A DNA stretch of 64,000 nt, from NCBI GenBank assembly GCA_963751345.1, contig CAVVUS010000018.1:64001-128000 (forward strand), given 5' to 3'. This document shows, in pieces, positions 1 through 9,440 of the stretch. Numbering within the stretch: the first letter of the stretch is position 1; the number at the start of each line of letters is the position of its first letter. A program made the translations under genes and the position numbers. Source of the stretch: an uncultured Chloroflexia bacterium (GTDB taxonomy: Bacteria > Chloroflexota > Anaerolineae > B4-G1 > SLSP01). A model generated the notes under the pieces. That model was not told the origin of the DNA and did no database searches. It saw nothing but the letters and a program-made list of their open reading frames with translations.

Positions 1-371
1 AGTTGGGTGCCCAGTTGGATCGAGGAATCCGCCAGGTAGCTCAGGTCGAGATCGCTCAGCGTCACGGCGTCGGAGGGCAGCGAGAGGTTCTCGGCCTGCA
101 GGGCCAGGTTGCCGGTCTGCCGCTGTTGCACGGCGTTGGATAGCGGCGACTGCACCTCTGCCGATGGTCCGGCTGCAATCGCGCCCGGAATCAGGGTTTG
201 GGCCGTGATACGGGCCTGAGCTACAAGGCTCTGCTCCGTCGACGTGAGGAAATAGCGGTGAAGAAAGGTCAGCAACAGAAGGCCGGCCAGTCCCATCGCC
301 AGGATGATGAGACCGAGGTGACTCAACAGAAGCTTCAGCCGCAGGCTGGCCCGCACTGTATCGGTGCGCAT
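1..371 (-). CDS. Sensor histidine kinase, N-terminal part (runs off the left edge)
   Basis: ATG at 371, 2 nt after the response-regulator stop. Reads MRTDTVRASLRLKLLLSHLGLIILAMGLAGLLLLTFLHRYFL..., a typical SLRxKLLLS plus TM1 start of a membrane sensor kinase. The catalytic domain is outside the window. Confidence 0.72.
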   Translation of the reverse strand, partial: MRTDTVRASLRLKLLLSHLGLIILAMGLAGLLLLTFLHRYFLTSTEQSLVAQARITAQTLIPGAIAAGPSAEVQSPLSNAVQQRQTGNLALQAENLSLPSDAVTLSDLDLSYLADSSIQLGTQ

Positions 372-373
372 AC

Positions 374-1057
374 TCAGGGCTCCAGCTTGTAGCCCACGCC
401 TCGTATGGTGACGATCAAGTCGCGGTCGGGGCTTGCTTCCCTCAGCTTTGCCCGCAGGCGCTTGATCACGGCATCCACGACCCGGTGATCGCCCAGGTAA
501 TCGTACCCCCACACCTGCTGGAGGAGCTGTTCCCGCGTGAGCACGTGCTCACGATTCTCCGTCAGCGTATGGAGCATCTCGAACTCGAGCGTGGTCAGAT
601 CTAGGGGGCGGCCTCCAAGTCGCGCCTCATAGCGGCCCTTGTCCACGAAGAGATCGCCTGCGCGAAGCACGGTCTCCACGCCGTCCGACCCCTGCTGTGT
701 TCGGCGCAACACGGCCTTGACCCTCGCCAACAGTTCGCGCACGCTGAATGGCTTGACGACGTAATCGTCAGCCCCCAACTCCAACCCCAACACACGGTCG
801 ATCTCCTCGTCTCGGGCGGTGAGCATGATGATCGGTACATCCTGCTCGTGCCGGATTTGGCGGCAGACCTCGATCCCATCGATCTTTGGCAGCATCAGGT
901 CCAGGATGATGAGGTCGGGGCATTCGCGGCGGGCCAGGGCCAGCGCGTCCTCGCCGTCCCACGCGACCAGCACCTCATAGTGCGCTCGCTTGAGGTTATA
1001 GGTCAGCACATCAATGATGGGCTGTTCGTCGTCTACGATCAGGATTTTCGGTGGCAT
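374..1057 (-). CDS. OmpR/PhoB-family response regulator (WalR-like)
   Basis: Receiver motifs ILIVDDE, DLIILDLMLP and GADDYVVKPF; winged-helix C-terminus IVTIRGVGYK. Confidence 0.95.
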   Translation of the reverse strand: MPPKILIVDDEQPIIDVLTYNLKRAHYEVLVAWDGEDALALARRECPDLIILDLMLPKIDGIEVCRQIRHEQDVPIIMLTARDEEIDRVLGLELGADDYVVKPFSVRELLARVKAVLRRTQQGSDGVETVLRAGDLFVDKGRYEARLGGRPLDLTTLEFEMLHTLTENREHVLTREQLLQQVWGYDYLGDHRVVDAVIKRLRAKLREASPDRDLIVTIRGVGYKLEP

Positions 1058-1068
1058 GATGCAACTTC

Positions 1069-1123
1069 ATTGTAGCAAGAACGCTGGCGTGGGTAAAGAG
1101 GATGTGTGACAGCGGGATGACAA
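1069..1123 (-). promoter_or_regulatory. Response-regulator promoter with an 11-bp-period direct repeat
   Basis: Minus strand TTGTCAT-cccg-CTGTCAC (1123-1106) upstream of an extended -10, TGcTACAAT (1077-1069). Confidence 0.5.
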
Positions 1124-1169
1124 GATTGAGATATGTGGCGAACAGTCAGGGTCACTCGTCGCATCTCGT

Positions 1170-1197
1170 TTGACTCCTCCGCCTCGCATGGTATAGT
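1170..1197 (+). promoter_or_regulatory. Sigma70-type promoter of the SAM riboswitch leader
   Basis: TTGACT-N16-TATAGT with a TG extension, about 10 nt before the riboswitch. Confidence 0.55.
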
Positions 1198-1206
1198 TGT
1201 CGCTTG

Positions 1207-1340
1207 GTTCTTATCGAGAGAGGTGGAGGGACCGGCCCTGTGAAACCTCGGCAACCCGGGCGTAGACGCGTCAAGCGCTGCGGCCCACGGTGCCAACTCC
1301 GACAGAAACCCTGCGGCAGCGGGTTCTGGAAGATGAGAGC
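1207..1340 (+). ncRNA. SAM-I (S-box) riboswitch
   Basis: Conserved core CTTATCgAGAGAGGTGGAGGGACCGGCCCTGTGAAACCTCGGCAACC...GGTGCCAACTCC...GAAGATGAGA, with P1 formed by gttcttatc/gatgagagc. Lies upstream of methionine-pathway genes. Confidence 0.93.
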
Positions 1341-1359
1341 GAAGCTATTTTGGCTTAGC

Positions 1360-1411
1360 GCCTCTTCAGATGCCCCGCAACAATGGGGCTGAGCTGAAGA
1401 GGCTTTTTGTT
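1360..1411 (+). terminator. Intrinsic terminator (riboswitch expression platform)
   Basis: GCCTCTTCAG...CTGAAGAGGC stem followed by TTTTTGTT, between the riboswitch and the start codon. Confidence 0.8.
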
Positions 1412-1487
1412 GCCATCTCCTCTCGTGATTCGAACCTGTTGCGGAATGGTTGGATGGAATCGTTGGATCCAGTGGAGAGGAGCTGTC

Positions 1488-2698
1488 ATGACAACAGAAC
1501 ACGAAGCGACCCAGGCCGTACACGCGGGCGAGGAGAAGCGCAAGCCTTACGGAGCGCTGACCACGCCGATTGCCCAGACCTCAACCTACACCTTTGCGGA
1601 TACTGCCGAAGTTCTCGCGTATATGGCTCGTAAGGCTGAACGGACTGAAGCTCCGGGAGGCGGGAGGGGACCTCTCCCTGCGTGATGAGTACGGCCGCTA
1701 CAGCAACCCGACGCAGAAGGTCGTGGAGGGGAAGGTAGCGGCGCTGGAGGGCGCGGAGGGGGCCGTGCTCTTTGGTTCCGGGATGGCGGCGATCACGACG
1801 ACACTGCTCACGCTGCTCAAGGCCGGGGACCACGCTATCGTCGTCCGCGACGCTTACCGCAGGACGAAGGAGTTTGCCGCGGATTTCTTGCCCCGCTTCG
1901 GCGTCGAGACGACGTTGGTCCCGGTCGGTGACATCGACGGACTGGCCGCAGCCATCCGCCCTAACACACGCGTGATCTTTGGCGAGACGCCCACGAATCC
2001 CTATCTGCGGATCATGGACCTGGCTCGCGTGGCCGAGATGGCCAGACCCCGCGAGATCATCACCGTGGTCGACACTACCTTTGCCACCCCCATCAACCTA
2101 CGTCCGCTCTCGCTGGGGATCGATGTCGTCATCCACAGCGCGAGCAAGTACCTGGGGGGGCACAACGACCTGCTGGCCGGCGTGGTCGCCGGCGCCCACC
2201 GCTGGGTGACCGCAGTGGAGTACACACGCGGGTTGCTGGGATGCGTGGGCGGGCCGCAAGATGCCTACCTCCTATCGCGCGGGCTCAAGACGCTGGTGCT
2301 CCGCGTCCGACAGCAGAACGAAAATGGGATGCGCGTGGCGCAATTCCTTGAAGGGTCACCCGAAGGTGGCCCGCGTCTTCTATCCGGGGCTGCCCAGCCA
2401 CCCGGACTATGAAATCGCCCGGCGGCAGATGACGGGCTTTGGCGGTGTGGTCAGCTTCGAGATCGCCGGCGACAAGGAGCAGACCTCGCGCTTTGTCGAT
2501 GCTCTCCGGATTCCCTACATCGGGCCGACCTTGGGCGGTGTGGAGAGCATCATCCAGCAACAGGCGCTCTTCGTGTCGCTGGATCCGCAGGAGCGCCGGG
2601 CCTCGGGCGTCAGCGACAGCCTGGTGCGCTACGCCCTGGGGATCGAGGATGCGGACGATCTCATCGCCGACCTGGACCAGGCGCTGCGCGCGGTGTGA
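1488..2698 (+). CDS. metB: Cystathionine gamma-synthase-like PLP enzyme (plant CGS-like), 2 apparent frameshifts
   Basis: Joined from ORFs 1407-1685, 1570-2412 and 2261-2698. Motifs [38 protein letters not shown] (PLP lysine) and GFGGVVSF. Frameshifts near 1640 and 2353. Confidence 0.85.
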
Positions 2699-2702
2699 GA
2701 TT

Positions 2703-2802
2703 GGATGTCGGATGGTGGATACCGGATGCCAGAAGCCGGGCGGAATGCCGACGTCTCGATTCTGCATTCTTCCATTCTTGATTCTCTGATTCTCGAATCC
2801 CT
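2703..2802. repeat. Intergenic 7/8-nt tandem repeat arrays
   Basis: GGATGTC GGATGGT GGATACC GGATGCC AGAAGCC, then GATTCTG CATTCTTC CATTCTT GATTCTCT GATTCTC GAATCCCT. Confidence 0.7.
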
Positions 2803-2817
2803 GACTCGGAGCCCTCA

Positions 2818-4235
2818 ATGATCGTACACAAGTTTGGCGGCACGTCGGTGGGCAGTGCGGAGAGGTTCGCCGCAGTGGCCGATATCGTGGCCGATCGCCA
2901 TCGGGCGGCATTGCGCACGTCTCAAGCCGGTTCGGTGGTCGTGGTCTCGGCGATGAGCGGCGTGACCAATCGGCTCCTCGCCGGCGCGTGGGCGGCTGCC
3001 GAGGGGCGCGAGGACGATTGCCGCGAAGCCGAGGGCGGAGATCCTGGACCCGCCATATGCGTGTGGTGGAGGCGCTTTTCTCGGACGACGACGAGCGAAC
3101 AGAGCTTGGCGCCTGGATCGAGGATCGTCTGCGCGAGTTGGCGCGGCTCTACCGGAGCATCGGTGTACTCGGTGAGCTCACGGCGCGGGGACGTGACCAC
3201 GTGGCTGCGTTTGGCGAGCAACTCTCAGTTCACATCCTCGCAGCAGCCCTCCGCGCTCACGGGCTGCGTTCACGGGCATTGCTGGCTACCGAGTTGATCG
3301 TGACCGACGATCACTTCGAAGCCGCAGTGCCCCTGATGGAGCTGACGCGGTCGAGGCTGCAGACCAGGGTCAAGCCCCTGGTAGATCGGGACATCATACC
3401 GGTGATCACAGGCTTTATCGCGGCGACGGAGGACGGGGTGACGACGACGCTGGGTCGTGGCGGCAGCGACTACACCGCCGCCATCGTCGGCTCGGGTCTG
3501 GACGCCGACGAAGTGTGGATCTGGAGCGACGTGAACGGCATCCTCACCGCCGACCCCAACCTGGTGCCAAGGGCCAGGACGCTGCGCGAGCTGTCGTATG
3601 CCGAGGCCTCGGACCTCGCCTATTACGGCGCGGACGTACTCCATCCCAAGACGATCCGCCCCGTTATCGAGCACAGCATCCCACTGCGTATCCTGAACAG
3701 CTTCGATCCGGCGGATCCCGGCACCCTGATCGTGGAGACGCCTCATCCGGGGCGGGTGCATCTGCCCGCGATCATCTCCACGACTGGGCTGAGCCTGATT
3801 GCGATCGGCAGCCAGGATGACTCCTGGTCGCTCACGATGGTGGCTCGCGCTCTGCAGGGGCTGAGCGAGGGCGGGATCGACGTGCTGATGTTCTCGCAGT
3901 CCTTCTCGGAGCACAGCCTCAACCTCATTGTCCGGCGCCAGGACCAGGAGCGTTGTCTCAGGACGCTCCGCGCGACCTTCGCGGTGGATCTCGAGAGCGG
4001 CGCCTGTGTCCTCGGCATCAAGGAGCAGGTCGCAACTGTCTCTGTGGTAGGGGTACCCGGCTGGAATGAGACGGGGATCGTCTCGCATGCTTTCGCTGCT
4101 CTGGGGGCGCACGGGACCCGGGTCATTGCGGTGGCCCAGGCTGCGACCGAATACAGCGTCTCTTTCTGTATCCCCGAGGATCAGGTGGGGGACACGGTGC
4201 GCTTCCTGCATCGCGATCTGGGGTTGGAGGACTAG
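2818..4235 (+). CDS. lysC: Aspartate kinase with C-terminal ACT domains (apparent frameshift near 3030-3050)
   Basis: MIVHKFGGTSVG, VVVVSAMSGVTN, TTLGRGGSDYTAA, WSDVNGILTADP and VLHPKTI. Confidence 0.9.
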
Positions 4236-4239
4236 CAGT

Positions 4240-4300
4240 ACCTTCCGGGTTGCTGCAGGTGGAGTGCCGCCGCAGACGGCGTGCCAGCAACCCGGAAGGT
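4240..4300. repeat. Perfect 16-bp inverted repeat between convergent genes (REP-like or bidirectional terminator)
   Basis: ACCTTCCGGGTTGCTG (4240-4255) and CAGCAACCCGGAAGGT (4285-4300). Confidence 0.75.
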
Positions 4301-4309
4301 GATTTGCCT

Positions 4310-5742
4310 CTACTCGCCGATCTCCATCCGCGTGACGGTGATCTGCGCGTTGTAGGCGTCGGGGACGTTCGTGCGCAGGAGCCCCCAGACGTGGATCACG
4401 GTGCCGGTGTCGCGAAGCGCCACGATCTGCTCGCCCAGCGCGCCCTCGGCCCAGATGCCAAAGCGGCTGCCGTTCTGGTCCATCATCTGGAAGTAGTCGT
4501 CCACCTGCGCCATCTCCGGCGTGCTCACGACGACGCCGACCCAGTCCTCGACCGGTTGGGTGACGACCTCGGGGGCCTCCGGCCGCTCGTCGACGTCGAT
4601 TCGCGTCACGACGATCTGGCGACCGCCGGCGTCGGGCACGTCATTGACCAGCCGGCCCCACACGTGCACCTGCCGGCCCGAGTCGCGCAGGGCCACGATC
4701 TGTTGCCGCAGCGCCTCGTCTTGCGCGTCGATGCCGTAGGTGCCCGCGTCGAAGCTCAGGCGCTCGAAGCTGTCGTCGAACTGGGCGCCGCTCGGGCATG
4801 CCCTTGATCAGCCCGACCCAGTCGTTCACGCCCGTGACGTTAGGGCCCTCGGGCAGGTCCGCCGCTGCGAGAGCCTCACCGCCCTCGACGCGGCTGACCC
4901 GGATCTGGCATCCGTTGACGTCGGGGACGCCGCAGGTCAGCTCGCCGAAGACGAGACGACGGTGCCGGTGTCGCGAAGCGCCTCGATCTGCCGGGCGACC
5001 TCCGCGTCCGGCGCGTCGATCCCGTAGCGGACCGGGAAGGATGGGTCGATCCAGCACGAAGACGTCGTCGAACTGCGCGCCTGCCGGGAGGCTCTCGATC
5101 GTCCCGTGCCATGCCTCGACGGGGTCCGGGGCGAGGATGTCGCCGGGGCCGTCGGGCCGCACGCGGGTCACCTCGACCTGGCAGCCGTCGAACTCGGCGA
5201 CGTCGCAGGACAGAGTCCCCCAGATGTGGGCGGCCGTCCCGCTGTCGCGCAGCCTCACCAGGGTGGTCGCGACCTCGTCATTCGCCGGGATCAGGCCGGC
5301 ATTCCCGGACTCCTTGGGGCTCAGGACGAGGTAATACGTCAAAAGGCTGCCCCGCGGGCGGCGTGATCACGAAGCCGCACCAGCCGTCGACCGGCTGCAC
5401 GGCTACTTCGGGTACAACTGCCTCAGATGCGGCCGCCTCGGGCGCATTCGCCTCACACTCACCGCGGAAGAAGGCCCACTCGTCGCACTCGCTGCCGTCG
5501 GCGAAGACGCAGACTCCGTATTGGCCACCATCGGCGTCCGTGCGGATGTCCAGTGTCCCGCCCTGCTCCCCGCAGAAGACTGAAGCCGGATTTGCCATGC
5601 CCGCGCCGGTCGCTTCCACGGCTGTTGGCTCAGTGTTGATCTCAACCTCCGGTGCCGATTGGGCTGCGACGGCCGTGCAGCCGCTGATGATTAGGGCACA
5701 GAGTGCCAGCAATGACGTGACCCATCGTAGTTTACCGTTCAT
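4310..5742 (-). CDS. DUF333-domain lipoprotein with four tandem ~75-aa repeats (several apparent frameshifts)
   Basis: Lipobox IISGC; DUF333 MANPASVFC..QGG...C...C.EWAFFRGEC. Repeats are spread over ORFs 5278-5742, 4641-5342, 4310-4696 and bridging frames. Confidence 0.8.
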
Positions 5743-5834
5743 CTTTGACCTCTTTCACATGTATAGGGGAAGGGATGCCTGTCTTTGTACTTTTCGTCGT
5801 CGAGGCACCGTTATTTCGTGGGCCTCGATATGAA

Positions 5835-5860
5835 GACGACGTATCCCTGCGGGAGGTTCC
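5835..5860 (-). promoter_or_regulatory. ECF sigma-type promoter
   Basis: Minus strand GGAACC-N16-CGTC, about 90 nt upstream of the DUF333 gene. Same motif and spacing at 9415-9440. Confidence 0.65.
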
Positions 5861-6018
5861 GCTATAGTTGGGAGGTCTATGGAAACCGGCCATGTGGCCA
5901 GGGGGCGAGGCGGAGCTGAGGATCGCGCCCGCGATTTTCGGCCACGGCCTATGGCGATGGAGTCGTCGCCAATGGCGGCGCCGGTGAACGGGGCCGGATC
6001 GGTTGCAGTTGTTGTGAA

Positions 6019-6068
6019 GCCCGATTGATCGGGCGCAGCTCTTGTAGCCCGGCAATTGATTGCCGGGC
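6019..6068. repeat. REP-like palindrome doublet
   Basis: GCCCGATTGATCGGGC (6019-6034) and GTAGCCCGGCAATTGATTGCCGGGC (6044-6068), the second with a GTAG head typical of REPs. Confidence 0.6.
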
Positions 6069-6093
6069 AGGGCAGGTCGGGAGCGGTGCTAGC

Positions 6094-6841
6094 TCACAGG
6101 CTTCCCGCGAGGAAGGCGTCGCAGACGGTGCGGAACTGCTTCGCGTGGCTCCACATCATCGGGTGGCCGCCGCCCTTGGCCAGGACGAGGCGTGCGTCGG
6201 GGATCTGGCACGCCATCTCGGGTAACTGGCCCGCGACGTCGGGCAACAGCTCGTCGTCCAACAGCGCCGTGAGCAGGACAGGGCACGCGATCAGCCCGAG
6301 GGCCTCGGGCACCATCCGTCCGCCCCGCCGAGCGAGGCGCCGCAGCATATCGCTGTCGGCATCGACCACCTGTGCCCAGTCGTCCCCCTGGGCGCCTTGC
6401 CAGAACGCGACTTGATCCGGCGTGCGCCGTTCGCGATCCGCCATCTCGGCCAGGAGCGCCTCAGGTGGATAGGTGGCGATCGTGCTGTCCGCGACGACGG
6501 CCTTGACCCGATGCGGGTGGAGCACCGCCATCCAGAGGGCGACCACGGCCCCTCCGCTGGTGCCCATCACGACCGCCTCCTCTTCGTCGAGATGCGCCAC
6601 CAGCGCGGCGGCATCGTGGGCCGCCTGCTCGAACCAGTCGTCGGGCCATCTGATCCAGCCGGTCCGATTGGCCGGTGCCCCAGAAATCCAGCGAAACGGT
6701 GTGATAGCGCGCCCCAAAGTGGGCCAGTTCGCCTTCGTGGCACGCTGACGTGGCGGTGTTGCCCGGCAGGATCAGAAGCAGCGGGCCGTCGCCGCGCTCG
6801 CGGTAGAAAAGCCGGTGATTGGTATGGGTGAACTCTGGCAT
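6094..6841 (-). CDS. Alpha/beta fold hydrolase (apparent frameshift near 6655)
   Basis: N-terminus LFYRERGDGPLLLILPG...DFWGTGQSDR, nucleophile elbow GTSGG, C-terminal GGGHPMMW. Confidence 0.85.
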
Positions 6842-7009
6842 AGAGACTCCTGGGGCGTGCTCGCATCGCTCGTCTGGCGGGAGCAGCGTATTCTATACGC
6901 TTGATTATATCACGCGTGTCGGATGCTTGTTAGCCTTTGACCTCAACGACGGCTGCGAGTATGCTGGAGCGTAAGGCGCCACGTTATCGGCCAGATGTAA
7001 GGAGTGCAT

Positions 7010-8240
7010 ATGGAGACAAACACGGACCCGGCCCTCGGCCTCCTTGCGGGTCAACCGGACCTCGACACAATCCTCGCCCTATATCCTCGACCGACGGGAG
7101 AGCCTGCGCTGGACCCCGACGATATCTCCCGGCGGGTCGACCGGCTCAAGACGACGCCCGATGTCGATACAGGACATCCGCTTCTGGACCGATCGGTAAG
7201 GGTCGGTCTCGCCTCGATCGACGCGACGTTTGAGGGCGATCATCCGAAGTATGGCGTGGGCGTCTATGGTCAGCCGGAGCACGATGGCTTTCCCGCCGAC
7301 GATCATCGCGTCCGTCGACGCGCTCTCGGCCTGGGGGCTCAGCGAACGCGCCGCGCAGCTCTTCCGCTATTGGCTCGTCACCTTTGTGCGGGATGATGGC
7401 ACGTTCGACTACTACGGGCCCGCGATCAGCGAGTACGGGCAACTGCTCCATACAGGTGCGCTGCTCTTCGAGCGCGCGGGGACCGACGGATGGTGGTCGG
7501 ACGCGTATGACCGCCTCGCACGTATCGCCGACTACCTGTTGGCACTCCGGTCTGAGGCTGCTGCTCAGGACCGGTTGATCGCCGGATCGCCCGAGGCGGA
7601 CACGCGGAACGACACCGCCCAGTATTTCCACAACAACGCCTGGGTGGCGCGGGGGCTGATGCGGTGGGCAGAACTGTGCGAGCGGATCGGGGTGTCTCCG
7701 TCGACGCCTCTGCCCGTCTTACGCGAGGCCGCTGACACGCTGGCCCGCGATACGCTGCGGGCGATTCGTGAAACGTGGCCTGATGATGCGTCAGGCAGAC
7801 CTAACGATGCGTCGGACTGGTGGCTCTCGCCGCAGGTGGAGCCGGTTGAGAGACCGGATAGCCTCACTGCCACGGAGAAGGCGTCGTACACCAACTATCG
7901 CTACTGGCCCGAGCTGCTCTCCAGCGGCCTCCTGCCGCCGGCGATGGCACATCGCCTGGTGGCGGCGCGCGTCGCCGGGGGTGGGCAGTTCTGCGGGATG
8001 ACCCGGTTCGCGGATCACCTGGACGACTGGCCGCTGGCCGACTACCTCTACGGCCTCTGGTCCCTGGGCCGGCGCGACGACTTTCTGCTCAGTCTCTACG
8101 GTCACGTTGCCTACCATCAGGCGGAGGGGCATCTGACGGCATATGAGCAGGTCAGCCTCCCGCCGGGAAGGCCGAAAGCCGACTACTGCCTGCCGTGCCA
8201 GTTGGTTGCGGCGAGGGCAGCCAGGCTGCTGGTGACGTAG
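7010..8240 (+). CDS. Hypothetical protein, possible six-hairpin glycosidase-like fold (apparent frameshift near 7295)
   Basis: SD AAGGAG and a TTGACC-N17-TATGCT promoter (6937-6965). ORFs 7004-7396 and 7230-8240 join via HDGFP-PTII. Helical, aromatic-rich sequence (SEYGQLL, YFHNNAW, YTNYRYWPE). Confidence 0.55.
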
Positions 8241-8359
8241 AACGCGCCCGCAGAACTATCTTTGACTTTGCTCCGGAAAAGTAAGGGGTCTCCCAGGGCG
8301 ACGGACTGCGTTGACCGAGAGTCTGAAGGCAGCACCGGGTCCATAGTCCGATGAAGCCA

Positions 8360-8404
8360 AGTGCCGGGGACCGCAAACGCCTTCCGACGTGCGTCCCCGG
8401 CACT
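8360..8404. terminator. Hairpin between convergent genes
   Basis: AGTGCCGGGGAC...GTCCCCGGCACT, a 12-bp inverted repeat. Confidence 0.55.
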
Positions 8405-8415
8405 GCAGATACTAT

Positions 8416-9366
8416 CTACTCGTGCACGTTCACCAGCGTGCCGACATCCGCGAAGCCGAAGAGCCATTCGGCCATGTCATTCGGCTGGTTGATGCAGCCG
8501 TGGCTCATCGGGTGACCCCAATTGGCGTGCCACCAGACCCCGTGAAGCCCGTACCCCTGGTAGAAGTACATGACAAACGGCACATCCTTCAGATAGTAGT
8601 CCGGACCTTCCATATCGTCGTAGCGATACTTGACGTAGATCCTGAACTGCCCCACCGGCGTCGGCGTGCCCGGCAACCCGGTCGAGACGAGGTAGCTCTG
8701 GACGGGTGTCTGCCCCTCATATGCTGTCAGCCGCTGCGCGGAGAGGTCGATGTCGATCCAGCGATCCTCGGTGATCGATCCGGCGGGCGCGGGCTCGAAG
8801 ATCGGCGCCGTGACGGTGGGACCCGGCAGATCGGTCGCGGGCACCTCCGGCACGCCTTCGATGTCGAAGGCCGTCGCGAAGTCGCCCGAGACGTAGGCGG
8901 TCTCGCCCTGATACTCAACCCGCCACCAACTCCCGTACCATCCGGTGACCGGCACCTCGGTGCCCGGGTCGAGGAAACCGACCTTGTCGTAGTCGGTGCT
9001 CGGCCCGCGACGCACGTTCACACCACCATCGCCGGCGACAAGCCGGGGGCTCGGCGGAACGGGTGTGGGCGGAAGTGGCGTGGGTGTCACGGTGGGCGTC
9101 GGAAGAGGCGTGGAGGTCGGCACCGCGGTTGCCGGTACCACCGTGGGAGCGACCGTCGCGGGAGCGGTCTCCGGTGGCAGCGGCGTCGCCGTCGCGATAG
9201 GAGCGGCGTCGGCTTCCTCGGGCGCGAGCACCGCGACCAGGCCGTAGCCTGTGCGGACGGCGAGCCCGAGGACGAAGAGGACCACGGTCACGGTCAGGAT
9301 CAGGGTCAAGACCGCGCTGAGGCGGTCAAGTCCGGTTGGTCGATGGTTGGCGTTATGTTCGTTCAT
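8416..9366 (-). CDS. L,D-transpeptidase (YkuD) with N-terminal TM, Pro/Thr linker and SH3b domain
   Basis: SH3b VNVRRGPSTDY; YkuD WIDIDLSAQRL...VSTG...TPVGQF; catalytic YGLHG...SHGCIN. Confidence 0.93.
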   Translation of the reverse strand: MNEHNANHRPTGLDRLSAVLTLILTVTVVLFVLGLAVRTGYGLVAVLAPEEADAAPIATATPLPPETAPATVAPTVVPATAVPTSTPLPTPTVTPTPLPPTPVPPSPRLVAGDGGVNVRRGPSTDYDKVGFLDPGTEVPVTGWYGSWWRVEYQGETAYVSGDFATAFDIEGVPEVPATDLPGPTVTAPIFEPAPAGSITEDRWIDIDLSAQRLTAYEGQTPVQSYLVSTGLPGTPTPVGQFRIYVKYRYDDMEGPDYYLKDVPFVMYFYQGYGLHGVWWHANWGHPMSHGCINQPNDMAEWLFGFADVGTLVNVHE

Positions 9367-9414
9367 CGGTTTCCCTTTTTCTTTTCTTGTCGTCGCTTAT
9401 ATAGTCGCACCTAT

Positions 9415-9440
9415 GACGCGAAGGTAACAGGGAAAGTTCC
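9415..9440 (-). promoter_or_regulatory. ECF sigma-type promoter of the L,D-transpeptidase
   Basis: Minus strand GGAACT-N16-CGTC. A sigma70-like TTGACA-N16-TATGAT lies further upstream (9515-9488). Confidence 0.65.

Noticed and set aside
198-392. 64-aa plus-strand ORF
   Set aside because: Antisense to the sensor kinase N-terminus and the regulator stop.
1488-4235. Programmed frameshifting or pseudogenes in metB and lysC
   Set aside because: No consistent slippery heptamer or stimulatory structure. The same indel pattern hits many unrelated genes whose catalytic motifs are intact.
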